A stretch of DNA of 64,000 bases from Oscillospiraceae bacterium (GTDB lineage: Bacteria; Bacillota; Clostridia; Oscillospirales; Acutalibacteraceae). Position 1 is the stretch's first letter. Every line of letters starts with the position of its first letter. The stretch is taken from contig JAISNY010000016.1 in NCBI GenBank assembly GCA_031275995.1, positions 12,690-76,689 on the forward strand. The letters run 5' to 3'. The translations under genes and the position numbers were made by a program. The notes beneath the pieces were generated by a model. It was not told where the DNA came from. It ran no database searches and was given only the letters and a program-made list of their open reading frames with translations. Shown one piece after another: positions 29,726 through 40,104 of the stretch.

Positions 29726-30802
29726 TTACAAAATTTCCAACACGGCGTTCCAACGAAAAATCACATACGAATACTCGAAGCTTTCAAGGTTAAGACGACA
29801 GTTTTCAGAAAATTCGATCCTTTTATCTCTGTTTTCAATTAAATAATTAACCTTCTCAGCCATCTTCAGGGTATTGTAGCATTCAATTAGGAACCCGTCA
29901 AATGAGTTTTTCAAGATTTCACTTGGACCTGCAGGGCAGTTAAAGCTTACGCTAGGCAGTTTGTTAACCTTGGCTTCCAGAAGAGCGAGTGAAAATCCTT
30001 CCCTTAATGAAGGCATCACGAAAATAGAATACTTATTGTATACATTGTAGACGTCTTTGTATTTACCTTTTAGGATTAGATTGTTTTCTAGGCCTTTTTC
30101 TTTAATCAATTGCTCTATTTTATGTTTTTGTTCGCCTTCTCCATAAATGTGCCAACTCCAGTCCGGATGTTTCTTAAAAATAATTTTGGCGACTTCAACG
30201 GCTAAATGGAATCCTTTTTCATAAGAGATTCTGCCTACGGAAATTATCATTTTTGTATCTGGATTGTATTTATGATTGCTTTTTGTCGATTCTAAAAAGT
30301 TGTAAATTTGGATGAGTTTATCGCGTGATTTCGGAATTTTTGTATAATAATCTTTAAAAGTTTCTTGCGTAATAACTAAAATTTTATTACTTAAAATACA
30401 AGCCATTTTACGAAAAAAAACAGATTTCCAATCTCGTCCTCTTAAGGATTCATGGTCCCAGAAAATGATTTTGCATTTAAGAAACGGTTTAATAAAAAAC
30501 ACACTTGGAATACCTAAGCTTCCGCTTACGATTAGTATATTAATTTTATTTTTATTAATATAGTCTTTGATTTTAAATGACGAATGGAATAAAGAATCCC
30601 GTGCTCGGCAATTTTCATCCATTCCTAAACTTTTGATTTTTATGTTTTTATTAATTAAATAATTTTCTGTTTTATCAAATTTACAAACAACTAATAAATG
30701 AACTTCATAATTTGCACAGAGCTTGTTCGCAACTGAAACCGTCATTTTTTGTGCTCCGCCGATTATGTTGAAATTAAATGCCAAGAAACAAATTTTTTTC
30801 AT
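29726..30802 (-). CDS. Glycosyltransferase family 4 (GT-B fold)
   Basis: C-terminal EGFSLALLEAKVNKLPSVSF...GPSEIL motif (E-x7-E type). I chose the ATG at 30802, which overlaps the upstream stop as TAATG. Confidence 0.8.
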   Translation of the reverse strand: MKKICFLAFNFNIIGGAQKMTVSVANKLCANYEVHLLVVCKFDKTENYLINKNIKIKSLGMDENCRARDSLFHSSFKIKDYINKNKINILIVSGSLGIPSVFFIKPFLKCKIIFWDHESLRGRDWKSVFFRKMACILSNKILVITQETFKDYYTKIPKSRDKLIQIYNFLESTKSNHKYNPDTKMIISVGRISYEKGFHLAVEVAKIIFKKHPDWSWHIYGEGEQKHKIEQLIKEKGLENNLILKGKYKDVYNVYNKYSIFVMPSLREGFSLALLEAKVNKLPSVSFNCPAGPSEILKNSFDGFLIECYNTLKMAEKVNYLIENRDKRIEFSENCRLNLESFEYSYVIFRWNAVLEIL

Positions 30803-31818
30803 TATAGTTCCCACTTAAAAGCGGTTTTGAATGGAGTACTTAGATCTTTTTCAAAAACTTTATGTATATCCTTAATACTTTTGACCGGTTTGTCTACAAA
30901 AATAATGTTTGCAACACGCTCGCGAAAGTTCTTTTTTTCTAAAAGCTTAACAGCTTGTATAAAATCTCTCGAACCGGAGCGGCTTGCCCCAATGATTGTG
31001 AGTCCTTTCTCCAGTACATCCCGTGTATTAATAGCTGGTTTTTCTTCACTTACTCCTAATAGAACAATTGTACCTTGAGGTCGAATAAATCTTATCATAT
31101 CTTCGATTGCATACGCACTGCCGGTCCCTCCGACGCATTCGAAAGCATGGTCAATTTCTAAATTGTTTGGGATTTCATTAATTAAATAAATATTTTCTGC
31201 AAATGAAAACATAGCAAGTTTTTCATAATGTTTGCCTACAATGATAATTTCAGATTCTGGAATCATGTTTTTAAAAGTTAAAGCTAACAGATAAGCCACG
31301 CTTCCGTCTCCCCAAATTCCAATTTTTTTACGATATTTATGTGCTGAACCAGAAAAACGAATTATAGCGTGGACTGCAACGCTTATAAGCTCACATATGC
31401 ATGCTACATGTTCTTCTTCGAACTCAAATGGAATGACTCTATCGGGTTTGAGAGCTACCAATTCTTGCATGAAACCATCATACCCGCTCGAAAGAAATCC
31501 AGAGCCGGTTTGATAGTTTTCAAAAATTTCACTCAACGGATTTGAGGCAAGGATATTTGGAATCATGATTACGTGTTGGCCCGGTTTTAAAACGTTAGTG
31601 TCGTCAAAAACTACGTCTCCGCAGCATTCATGGATAAGTGACATTGGAAGTTTCTTTTTTAAAATTTCAACCGGTCTCAATCCTCGATAATATCGTTGAT
31701 CGCTGTGGCAAATAGACATGAATTTCGGTCTTATCAAAATTTTAGATCTGAATTCTATGTTCTGGAATGCAATGTCAAAGCATTTTGGGTATACCAACCT
31801 GAACAGGTGATTTATCAT
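30802..31818 (-). CDS. tarJ: TarJ-like ribulose-5-phosphate reductase (MDR zinc-dehydrogenase family)
   Basis: It is collinear by eye with S. aureus TarJ as I recall it: MIN...RP.FMSIC..DQRYY.G, LPMSLIHE, DGFMQE, GIWGDG, DHAFECVGG, LLGVSE, LEKGLT.IG.SRSG.RDF. Confidence 0.65.
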   Translation of the reverse strand: MINHLFRLVYPKCFDIAFQNIEFRSKILIRPKFMSICHSDQRYYRGLRPVEILKKKLPMSLIHECCGDVVFDDTNVLKPGQHVIMIPNILASNPLSEIFENYQTGSGFLSSGYDGFMQELVALKPDRVIPFEFEEEHVACICELISVAVHAIIRFSGSAHKYRKKIGIWGDGSVAYLLALTFKNMIPESEIIIVGKHYEKLAMFSFAENIYLINEIPNNLEIDHAFECVGGTGSAYAIEDMIRFIRPQGTIVLLGVSEEKPAINTRDVLEKGLTIIGASRSGSRDFIQAVKLLEKKNFRERVANIIFVDKPVKSIKDIHKVFEKDLSTPFKTAFKWEL

Positions 31819-31899
31819 CTAGACTCCTTTAAACTAAAGTTTATCGATGCATGTGGAGATAGAATAAAAATTACTTTTGTAATAAATTTCAATTTGTTA

Positions 31900-32760
31900 T
31901 TACACCTTAAAATCATTCGTATAATTTTCATCATAAATCCCGATAAAAACTTTAACAGCTTCGCCAATCATAAAAACTTCTTTTTTTCTAAAATCTATTT
32001 TAAGTTTTCCTCCGCGTAAATGAACGTCGATGCTATGTTCTTTTTTGCAGTAACCGCAGAGTACAGAGGCTACTGCTGCTGCACAAGCTCCTGTTCCGCA
32101 GGCTAAAGTTTCTCCGCTTCCTCGCTCCCAAACACGCATGTTAAGCGTTTGAAGTCTTGCGACCTGTACAAATTCGACATTAACACCTTCCAGGAAATAT
32201 CCGGAGTTTTGTATCGCAAGGCCTTGTTGTTTAATGTCAATATTTTCAATATCTTCGACAAAAATCACACAATGAGGATTCCCCATAGAAATGCAAGTTA
32301 TTCTAAAATTAAAGGACCCGAACTCGAAATGATCATTAATTATTTCTTTATTTATTTCAGTTTTGAATGGAAGCTTTTTGGCCTGTAGATTCGGGGAGCC
32401 CATATTGACCATGACGATTGATTTTGTAAGGGTCGATTCTAAAATATTCAAGCATTTTATTCCTGAAAGAGTTTCAATTAATAAGTCATTTTTGCGGATT
32501 TTTTTTTCATCAAACAAATATTTTGCAACGCAGCGAATTCCATTCCCGCACATTTTTGCTTCGCTGCCATCGGAATTGAATATTCTCATTTTCGCGTCGG
32601 CAACTTCAGAAGGGCACATAAGAATCAAACCATCAGATCCAATTCCATAGCGCCTATTTGAAATTTTTTTGGCTAAATTTGATGGATTTTTTATTTCAGT
32701 TTTAAAACAGTCCACATAAACATAATCATTGCCGCAACCATGATATTTAAAAAAATTCAA
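31900..32760 (-). CDS. dapF: Diaminopimelate epimerase
   Basis: YHGCGNDYVYVD, NSDGSEAKMCGNGIRC (first catalytic Cys) and ETLACGTGACAAA (second catalytic Cys). Confidence 0.9.
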   Translation of the reverse strand: MNFFKYHGCGNDYVYVDCFKTEIKNPSNLAKKISNRRYGIGSDGLILMCPSEVADAKMRIFNSDGSEAKMCGNGIRCVAKYLFDEKKIRKNDLLIETLSGIKCLNILESTLTKSIVMVNMGSPNLQAKKLPFKTEINKEIINDHFEFGSFNFRITCISMGNPHCVIFVEDIENIDIKQQGLAIQNSGYFLEGVNVEFVQVARLQTLNMRVWERGSGETLACGTGACAAAVASVLCGYCKKEHSIDVHLRGGKLKIDFRKKEVFMIGEAVKVFIGIYDENYTNDFKV

Positions 32761-32955
32761 ATTTATTCCTCACTTTGAATAGTTTTTTAAACATTAAAGA
32801 CAATCACCCGTAAATCTTAGTTACCGAACGGTCTAAACTTTTGAGAGAACCCTTGTTGCGGTGCCGTTCGACGTATTTGGCTTTGAAAAATTCACATAAA
32901 GTTCAGCTTTAAAATAGCCTAGAAAGTTTTTGTTCAAACCTTTAGGAACCGTGAT

Positions 32956-35019
32956 CTACTTTCTAATTTCCATAACAATTGGCAAAATTACGGGGTTTCG
33001 GCGCGTTCGATCGTGAAAAAGTTTGCATAAGTCGTCGCGTATTTTAGTTTTAATAATAGCCCAGTCAAAAATTTCTTGCTCAAAACAAGAAAGAATTGCA
33101 TGCGAAGCAGTTTTTCGCGCTTCGTGCATGAGGCCTTCAGATTCTTTCACATAAACGAACCCGCGTGAAACAACGTCTGGTCCGGCGACGATTTTTTTCT
33201 CTTTAATGTTTAAGGCTGTCACCATTACTATAAGTCCGTCTTGCCCCAGATGCTTACGGTCTCTTAGAACTACGCTTCCGACGTCCCCGACTCCTATTCC
33301 GTCGACCATAATCATTTCGGAAGGTACTGTTGAAGTCTTTTTCATCTGATTTTCAGTAATTTCTATCACGTCGCCGGTTTCGCCCACAAAAATTTTGGAA
33401 CTCTCAAGCCCCATGCTTCTTGAAATAGCCGCGTGAGCCTTAAGATGTTTACATTCTCCATGAATCGGAATAAAAAACTTTGGTTTAGTAAGACCTTGCA
33501 TGGTTTTCAGTTCCTCTTGGCACGCATGACCAGACACATGAATTTCATACATAGATTCATATATAACCTCGCATCCAAGCTTCATCATTCCGTTAACGAC
33601 AGTTCCGACCATCTTTTCATTACCTGGTATTGGATTTGCAGAAATAATTACGAAATCGTTAGGTCCCGCTTCGACTTTTTTGTGTTCCGAAAAAGCCATT
33701 CTGTAAAGTGCAGACATGGGTTCGCCTTGGCTGCCCGTAGTTATTAAAACTATCTCGTTTGCAGGATATTTACCAAGTTCATCAATGTTTACAATAACGT
33801 CTTTAGGGGCGCAGATGTAACCAAGTTCGCAGGAAATCGAAACATAATTTATCATGCTGCGTCCTGAAAACATAACCTTTCGTCCATGCCTTACGGCGCA
33901 ATCTACAATCTGTTGGATTCTTCCTATGTTGGAAGCGAAGGTAGCGACTATAATTCTACGTTTTTCAGCTCTTTCAAACAAGTGTTCAAACGATTCATTT
34001 ATACCTTTCTCGGTGCTGGTATATCCTGGTCGATCGGCATTTGTCGAATCTGCAAGCAACGCCAGAACTCCTTCTTTGCCAAGTTCTGCAAATCTTGCCA
34101 AATTAATCATTTCTCCCCTTGCCGGGGTGAAATCTATTTTGAAATCTCCGGTGTGTATTATCGTGCCTAAAGGAGTGTGAATCGCTAAGGCTACAGCATC
34201 GGGAATTGAATGATTTATGTGGACGAATTCAACGTCGAAGCATCCTAATTTTATGATTTCCCCGGCTTTCACCGAATTAAGCTTTGCATTGCCTAGCATA
34301 CGGTGTTCCTTAAGTTTCGCGCTAATCAAACCTATGGTTAGAGGAGCTGAATATATAGGAATATTGATTTTTTTCAGAAGATATGGAATCGAACCGATAT
34401 GGTCTTCGTGCCCGTGAGTTACCACAAGACCTTTGATTTTTTCTTTGTTTTGTTCTAAGTAGGTAAAATCCGGGATCACGAGATCGACGCCGAGCATTTC
34501 CCCATCTGGGAAGGCCATACCGCAATCTACGATTATTATATTTTGTTCGAATTCGAAGGCGGTCATGTTTTTGCCGATTTGATTGAGTCCGCCTAGAAAA
34601 ATAATTTTGATTGGAGGCAATTTGGCCGCGAAAGCATTGCGAAAAGATGCAAAATTTTTATTTGAAATCCTAGGTTTCCCTATAATTCTTCCCGTGCTTG
34701 TTGCTAATCCGAGCGGGCCAGGGGAACTACGAACCAATATTTGGTTTTTAATTTGAGTGGGTCTGTTTTTTGTTTCCTGAAAACCCGAGAGAGAATTGAT
34801 GTTTGATGTTGGCGTGTTATTTTCATTAGATCTCGTTGAAGCTTCGATGTATCCTATAGATTCAGCGACCTTATCAGAAGAAAGGTTATCGTTTATATCT
34901 TTGTTTTGTTTAACATTTTTTCTTACGTAATATCTTCTTGTTTGAATTCTTTTAACAACTGCCGCATTATTGGATGGATTCACAGATTCAGATTCATGGC
35001 TATTTTTAGGTTTTTCCAT
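32956..35019 (-). CDS. rnj: Ribonuclease J with an N-terminal low-complexity extension of about 135 aa
   Basis: Metallo-beta-lactamase motif VTHGHEDHIG, beta-CASP region, and IIFLGGLNQIGKNM marking the canonical N-terminus. ATG with an AAGGGGG SD at 35019. Confidence 0.88.
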   Translation of the reverse strand: MEKPKNSHESESVNPSNNAAVVKRIQTRRYYVRKNVKQNKDINDNLSSDKVAESIGYIEASTRSNENNTPTSNINSLSGFQETKNRPTQIKNQILVRSSPGPLGLATSTGRIIGKPRISNKNFASFRNAFAAKLPPIKIIFLGGLNQIGKNMTAFEFEQNIIIVDCGMAFPDGEMLGVDLVIPDFTYLEQNKEKIKGLVVTHGHEDHIGSIPYLLKKINIPIYSAPLTIGLISAKLKEHRMLGNAKLNSVKAGEIIKLGCFDVEFVHINHSIPDAVALAIHTPLGTIIHTGDFKIDFTPARGEMINLARFAELGKEGVLALLADSTNADRPGYTSTEKGINESFEHLFERAEKRRIIVATFASNIGRIQQIVDCAVRHGRKVMFSGRSMINYVSISCELGYICAPKDVIVNIDELGKYPANEIVLITTGSQGEPMSALYRMAFSEHKKVEAGPNDFVIISANPIPGNEKMVGTVVNGMMKLGCEVIYESMYEIHVSGHACQEELKTMQGLTKPKFFIPIHGECKHLKAHAAISRSMGLESSKIFVGETGDVIEITENQMKKTSTVPSEMIMVDGIGVGDVGSVVLRDRKHLGQDGLIVMVTALNIKEKKIVAGPDVVSRGFVYVKESEGLMHEARKTASHAILSCFEQEIFDWAIIKTKIRDDLCKLFHDRTRRNPVILPIVMEIRK

Positions 35020-35579
35020 GAGCTACCCCCTTGCCTCTTAATTAGATAATCCTGATAAAAGGATAAAAACACTTTATTTTTTGTTTAAAAATTTTGATTC
35101 ATGAAATATTTTGTTTGGATATGTTTTCTAAGTAATTACTGTTCCGCCTACAGGCGAGATTGTGATTTGGGTTGCCGTCTTAAAATTTCTTCATATAATT
35201 TCCTCCTTTAAATTTCCAAAATTTATAAAAAATTCACTTCTTTAATTTAAGTAATAAGTGTAAAAAATTACTGTTTTTAAAACTAAAATCACGCGGAAAA
35301 TCGAACTTTTCGAATCCTGCCAAGACCAAAAGAATAGAAAATACATCGTTCCCATAACGATCTAACCCGACGAAACCTCTTGAAGATTTAAATATAAATT
35401 TCAAAAATCCTAAAAATCAAACTTTTTTGTTATAAAAATTGAACATCCAAATCAAACGTCAAACATTTTGTTGTACCCAACGAACTAAAGAATAAAAAAG
35501 AGTAAAGTTAAAATGAGCTTACTGCCGTTTGAAATGAATGTCAAACATGGACAAGCGCCTTCCTGAAAATTCAATGCCT

Positions 35580-37079
35580 TCAAAAATGCTTGCTTTTTTT
35601 GGTCGCAACCTTACTTAACGTATTTGCCGCAGATATGGATAACGCAATGGATATAATTGCCACGCAAATAAAGTTTAATCCTGTTTGAGGGTTATTAGTC
35701 GGTGTTTTACCTCCGGACCCAGAACCACCGCTTCCACCGTTTCCACTGCCTCCACCGGAGCCCTTTTGACACAAGTTATATGCGGTTACTGAACCATCGT
35801 TGCTGTCTTTAGATTCTACCCAAGCGCGAAAATCTGTTTCATTACTTAAATTAATGTTACCTTGCCTGCCGCTTATGTCGCACGTATATTCATAATACTT
35901 TTCGCCGGAACGTTGGGAGCATATCACGAGCGTCGCATTTTTTTCAAAATCTCTAGCATCATAAAAAAGAGTGTCTTCTTGATTTGTAAGTATCGCTTTG
36001 GTTGTCGAATCATTCTTTAATCTGAAGTGACTTACGTATCTTCCCTCTTCGTCTGGAATGATTTCTGAAAATTTGCCGTGTGTTTCCTTCCCTGAGGCTG
36101 CGCTGGCAAAAAATACATTTTCCAATGAAATGTTAAGGGCGGGAACTGCGAAAAGTTTATCTTGAGGGATTTTGAGTACATTTGTAATCTGACCGTCTCT
36201 ATCTGCGTAAAATATCCCTCTTTTTTCCATGTCGTCCATCGCCATGGATCTTGTTATCCAGCAGCAATTTACGGCGTTCGGATCCCAAAGTAATGACAGG
36301 TCTGTAGGCTTTATTTGCCTTGAGACAACTGCCCGCGGAGGATCCAGCGAATCGAATCCGTATAAAGTTTGATTTAACTCGCTTGTGCTTCCTCCGATAT
36401 TAAATCCAGAGGTGCTGTTGGGGTTACCCGAAAGTGAGAAAGAAAATGCTACTTCTTCCTTTGTTTCGTAATTTCCCCACGTGTATGTTCCGTCTTTGTA
36501 ATGCGCTATGGGCAGATCTACCTTAGATGGCAACACATTTGGTGAATAATGTTGCTTGATCGTTTTGCTCAACTCACTTGATAATATTTGAGCTGTAATT
36601 CCCCCTGAATCATTGCTCGGAAGTAACGCTTTTTCAGAAAGCAAAAACAATTTACCGTCGTAGCAATTTAAAATGCGGAAAACAATCTCTTCTTTTCCAA
36701 AATAGTGATCGACACTGTTGTAATTTAACCTTAATGTTGAACCATCAGATGAAACAAAAGGGTATACATGCTGTCGGTAGGCTGAGTCGCATGGTGTATA
36801 ATTCAGCTTTTTTGCTTCAGATAATTTCCCGTTTGTCAGCTCTTTTTGCCAAAAGCTTAAAAAAGCTATATATTGTCCCGAGCCGTTTCCTTGAATAATG
36901 TCTCCTCCAAGTTTATTAGCGTGGTCAAGTGTTGTTTCGAATTCGTTCGGCATAGAAAAAATGCTCCGAGAGAATTTAACGTTTTCTACGGCAAAAACCA
37001 TCGGACTTAAAATCGATGCAATCGAAAAGATGAAAGCAAAGATTGGAAGTAGGATTTCTGTTTTAGTTTTTTTATACAT
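35580..37079 (-). CDS. Cell-wall-anchored surface protein with an NPQTG sorting signal
   Basis: Signal peptide MYKKTKTEILLPIFAFIFSIASILSPMVFA, a Gly/Ser linker, then NPQTG, a hydrophobic stretch and KKSKHF. The start is either ATG 37079 or the upstream TTG at 37094. Confidence 0.75.
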   Translation of the reverse strand: MYKKTKTEILLPIFAFIFSIASILSPMVFAVENVKFSRSIFSMPNEFETTLDHANKLGGDIIQGNGSGQYIAFLSFWQKELTNGKLSEAKKLNYTPCDSAYRQHVYPFVSSDGSTLRLNYNSVDHYFGKEEIVFRILNCYDGKLFLLSEKALLPSNDSGGITAQILSSELSKTIKQHYSPNVLPSKVDLPIAHYKDGTYTWGNYETKEEVAFSFSLSGNPNSTSGFNIGGSTSELNQTLYGFDSLDPPRAVVSRQIKPTDLSLLWDPNAVNCCWITRSMAMDDMEKRGIFYADRDGQITNVLKIPQDKLFAVPALNISLENVFFASAASGKETHGKFSEIIPDEEGRYVSHFRLKNDSTTKAILTNQEDTLFYDARDFEKNATLVICSQRSGEKYYEYTCDISGRQGNINLSNETDFRAWVESKDSNDGSVTAYNLCQKGSGGGSGNGGSGGSGSGGKTPTNNPQTGLNFICVAIISIALSISAANTLSKVATKKSKHF

Positions 37080-37304
37080 TTTAACCACATCCAAAATTAT
37101 TTTGTTATTGTAAATCTACAATTTTTAAGTGTCAACAGTCAAATTCAAGATTCTGCCTTAAATTTTGGAGACGGTTTTGGGAGTATTTTTGGATGCGTTT
37201 TTAAATTCGCCTTCAAATTGTGGTAAGAGTCATGGTAAAAAATTTTTATTTGGTGTATTAGTTACTTTAATAGCGAATATTTCTAATTTTATGGTGCTGC
37301 TTTT

Positions 37305-37790
37305 ATGAGACGCGACAAACATAATTACTATCTTGATGTAGCGGAAACTATTTTAAAGCGGGCGTCCTGCATCAGACGTAACTTTGGCTCGGTCATTGTT
37401 AAAAATGATCAAATTATCTCATGCGGATATACTGGAGCTCCGCGTGGTCGTGCTAATTGTCTTGACATCGGATGTTGTGTGCGCGATAAGTTCAAGGTTC
37501 CTAGAGGTCAACGCTATGAAATGTGCCGCTCTGTTCACGCGGAAGCTAATGCGATAATTCATGCCTCACGCAAAGAGATGCTCGGTTCAACGCTTTATTT
37601 GGTCGGCAAGGAGAAAAAATGCGGAAGTTACGTTGACGGCACTGCGCCATGCGCAATGTGTAAGAAGTTAATTATAAATTCCGGAATAGAAAGAGTAATT
37701 TCAAGAGAAAATATTGATAAATTTTTGGTTACTGAAGTAGAATTATGGGTAAGAAGTGATGAATCGCTTGATGAGATTTTTGGATATTAG
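37305..37790 (+). CDS. Deoxycytidylate (dCMP) deaminase
   Basis: Zinc motifs HAEANAI and PCAMCKKLI. Confidence 0.88.
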   Translation: MRRDKHNYYLDVAETILKRASCIRRNFGSVIVKNDQIISCGYTGAPRGRANCLDIGCCVRDKFKVPRGQRYEMCRSVHAEANAIIHASRKEMLGSTLYLVGKEKKCGSYVDGTAPCAMCKKLIINSGIERVISRENIDKFLVTEVELWVRSDESLDEIFGY

Positions 37791-37809
37791 ACTTTGGGAA
37801 GGTTGAGAC

Positions 37810-38715
37810 GTGAATTTTTTTGAAAAAATAAAGGAAGGATTGAGGAAGACTCGCGAAAAAACAATGAGCGGTTTGCGTAAGCTTTTTGGCGTGTTCGTTA
37901 AAGTCGATGAGAATTTTTTGGACGAGCTAGAGGAGATCCTTATTTCGTCGGATGTTTCGGTTTCATCTGCTGAAAAAATAAAAAATGAGTTGAGAAAGAG
38001 ATCGAAGGAATATAACATTAAGGGTGCGCAAGATGTTTTAGATTTGCTTAAGCAAATAATTAAAGATATTTTGGGAGAAAGTTCTGAGCTTAAAATTTTG
38101 CCCTCCCCAGCTGTTATAATTTTAGCGGGCGTTAACGGCGCTGGTAAAACTACCACTGTAGGCAAGCTCGCTCAAAAATTCAAAGACGAAGGGAAAAAAG
38201 TACTCGTCGCCGCGGCGGATACGTTCCGTGCAGCCGCTGTGGAGCAGCTTGAAGTTTGGGTTCGTCGTGCAGGCTGTGAGATGATTAGTAGGCCCGAGGG
38301 CAGTGACCCCGGTTCGGTAGTTCATGATTCATTATGTGTAGGCAAAGATGAAGGATACGACATAATTATTTGTGATACTGCTGGCAGGTTACAGAACAAA
38401 GGTGCTCTTATGGCGGAGCTTGCTAAAATTGGAAGGATAGTCGAGAAAAAGTTACCGGATTCTTCTTGTGAAGTCCTTTTGGTTTTAGATTCTTCTACCG
38501 GTCAAAATGGAATTTTACAGGCGGAGGAATTTTCTAAAATTCTTAAAATAACAGGAATAATTTTAACTAAACTTGATGGCACTGCACGCGGAGGAGTTGT
38601 TATTTCAATTAAGGATAAACTTGGAATCCCGATAAAATACATTGGAGTGGGGGAGAAAATCGAAGACCTTCAGCCTTTTAATGCCGAAGAGTTTGTTGAA
38701 GCGTTGTTCGATTAA
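37810..38715 (+). CDS. ftsY: Signal recognition particle receptor FtsY
   Basis: NG domain with [24 protein letters not shown] and [13 protein letters not shown] start. Confidence 0.92.
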   Translation: MNFFEKIKEGLRKTREKTMSGLRKLFGVFVKVDENFLDELEEILISSDVSVSSAEKIKNELRKRSKEYNIKGAQDVLDLLKQIIKDILGESSELKILPSPAVIILAGVNGAGKTTTVGKLAQKFKDEGKKVLVAAADTFRAAAVEQLEVWVRRAGCEMISRPEGSDPGSVVHDSLCVGKDEGYDIIICDTAGRLQNKGALMAELAKIGRIVEKKLPDSSCEVLLVLDSSTGQNGILQAEEFSKILKITGIILTKLDGTARGGVVISIKDKLGIPIKYIGVGEKIEDLQPFNAEEFVEALFD

Positions 38716-38778
38716 CTCTTAAGAAACGATTCTTGGTGGCATTAGAATCCTGTTTTCCAGATTTATTAACGATTTTGT

Positions 38779-39855
38779 TTACATCGAACCTTCTGCGCTG
38801 AGCATTTTGGCGCGCATAGCAGTTATAAGAGAATCGACAATTTCGTCCATATCTCCGTTGAGAATCGATTCTAACTTATAAAAGCTCATCCCTATTCTAT
38901 GTTCGGTTACTCGATTTTGCGGGTAGTTGTAAGTTCTTATTCTTTCCGAACGGTCGCCTGTGCCAACCTGGAGTCTTCGTTCACTAGCTAATGTGTCAGC
39001 CTGTTCCTCGCGTTTTGTTTGCAAAAGTCGTGATTTCAATATTTTCATAGCTTTATCTTTATTTTTATATTGGCTCCTTTCATCTTGGCATTCAACAATT
39101 ACTCCAGTAGGCAAATGCGTAATCCTTATAGCAGATTCAGTTTTATTAACGTGCTGGCCTCCTGCACCACTTGCTCGGTAAGTGTCAATTTGCAAATCGG
39201 CGGGATTAACGTCAATTTCAGCATCTTCGGCCTCGGGCAAAACCGCTATGGTTACTGTGGATGTATGCACCCTTCCTTGAGATTCAGTTTCCGGAACCCT
39301 TTGAACTCTATGAACTCCGCCTTCATACTTCAGTCTTGAATAAGCGCCTTCTCCTGAAATCATCATGCAAACTTCCTTGAAACCTCCAAGCTGAGTTTCA
39401 TTAAAGCTTACAATCTCAAGCTTCCAGCCTCGGTTTTGAGCATACATGCTGTACATTCTTAGAAGAGCTGCCGAAAACAGCGCGGCCTCCTCTCCGCCTG
39501 CTCCACCGCGAATCTCGATTATTACGTTCCTTTCATCGTTTGGATCTTTTGGGAGCAGCAAAAGTTTAAGCTCATTTGAAATTTTTTCTATGTTATTTTT
39601 TATTTCTTCGATCTCGCTGCTAGCCATGTCACGAAGCTCTTTGTCGCCACCACTGCCTCTAAGTACCTCTTTAGCACCTTCTAAATTTTTATGTTCCCGT
39701 TTATATTCACGATATTTTCCGATTATCGGTTCCAAAATCTTAAGTTCTCGCATTAGCGATTTATAATTTTCAGGTTCGGAGGCAAAGTTTATCTGACAAA
39801 GTTCTTCTTCAATTTCGAGGAAACGTTTTTCAGTTTCCTCAAGTTTGTCAAACAT
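38779..39855 (-). CDS. prfA: Peptide chain release factor 1
   Basis: GGQ motif SGAGGQHVNKTESA. The codon-recognition region VQRVPETESQGRVHTS is RF1-type PxT. Confidence 0.92.
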   Translation of the reverse strand: MFDKLEETEKRFLEIEEELCQINFASEPENYKSLMRELKILEPIIGKYREYKREHKNLEGAKEVLRGSGGDKELRDMASSEIEEIKNNIEKISNELKLLLLPKDPNDERNVIIEIRGGAGGEEAALFSAALLRMYSMYAQNRGWKLEIVSFNETQLGGFKEVCMMISGEGAYSRLKYEGGVHRVQRVPETESQGRVHTSTVTIAVLPEAEDAEIDVNPADLQIDTYRASGAGGQHVNKTESAIRITHLPTGVIVECQDERSQYKNKDKAMKILKSRLLQTKREEQADTLASERRLQVGTGDRSERIRTYNYPQNRVTEHRIGMSFYKLESILNGDMDEIVDSLITAMRAKMLSAEGSM

Positions 39856-40104
39856 AATTATACCTCCCTAATTTTTGACATATTCTATATTAAAACTTAG
39901 TGTCTTGCAAAATTTTACAAAATCTTGTTTTTATTCTAGAAGGGTGGCAATTGTATCTTAAAAATCTTGTATTAAAATGGGTTTTGAGAATACCGTATAA
40001 CTTCAGACTGTTATGTGGTAGAGGCGTTTAAGGCTAAAAATAAGATAAATGGAATGTATGAAATTTTTGAAAACGTTTATGTATTCCAGTTTGCGAGGGA
40101 TTTT

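Noticed and set aside
37743-38165. A 140-aa minus-strand ORF
   Set aside because: It lies antisense to the 5' part of ftsY and is Ser/Leu-rich low complexity, so it is a shadow ORF.
39262-39309. The RF1 codon-recognition tripeptide reads PET instead of the common PAT or PVT
   Set aside because: The middle position of PxT is variable, and TGA, TAA and TAG are all used as ordinary stops in this window (for example recG TGA, pyrD TAA and the small peptide TAG). I see no evidence of altered decoding.
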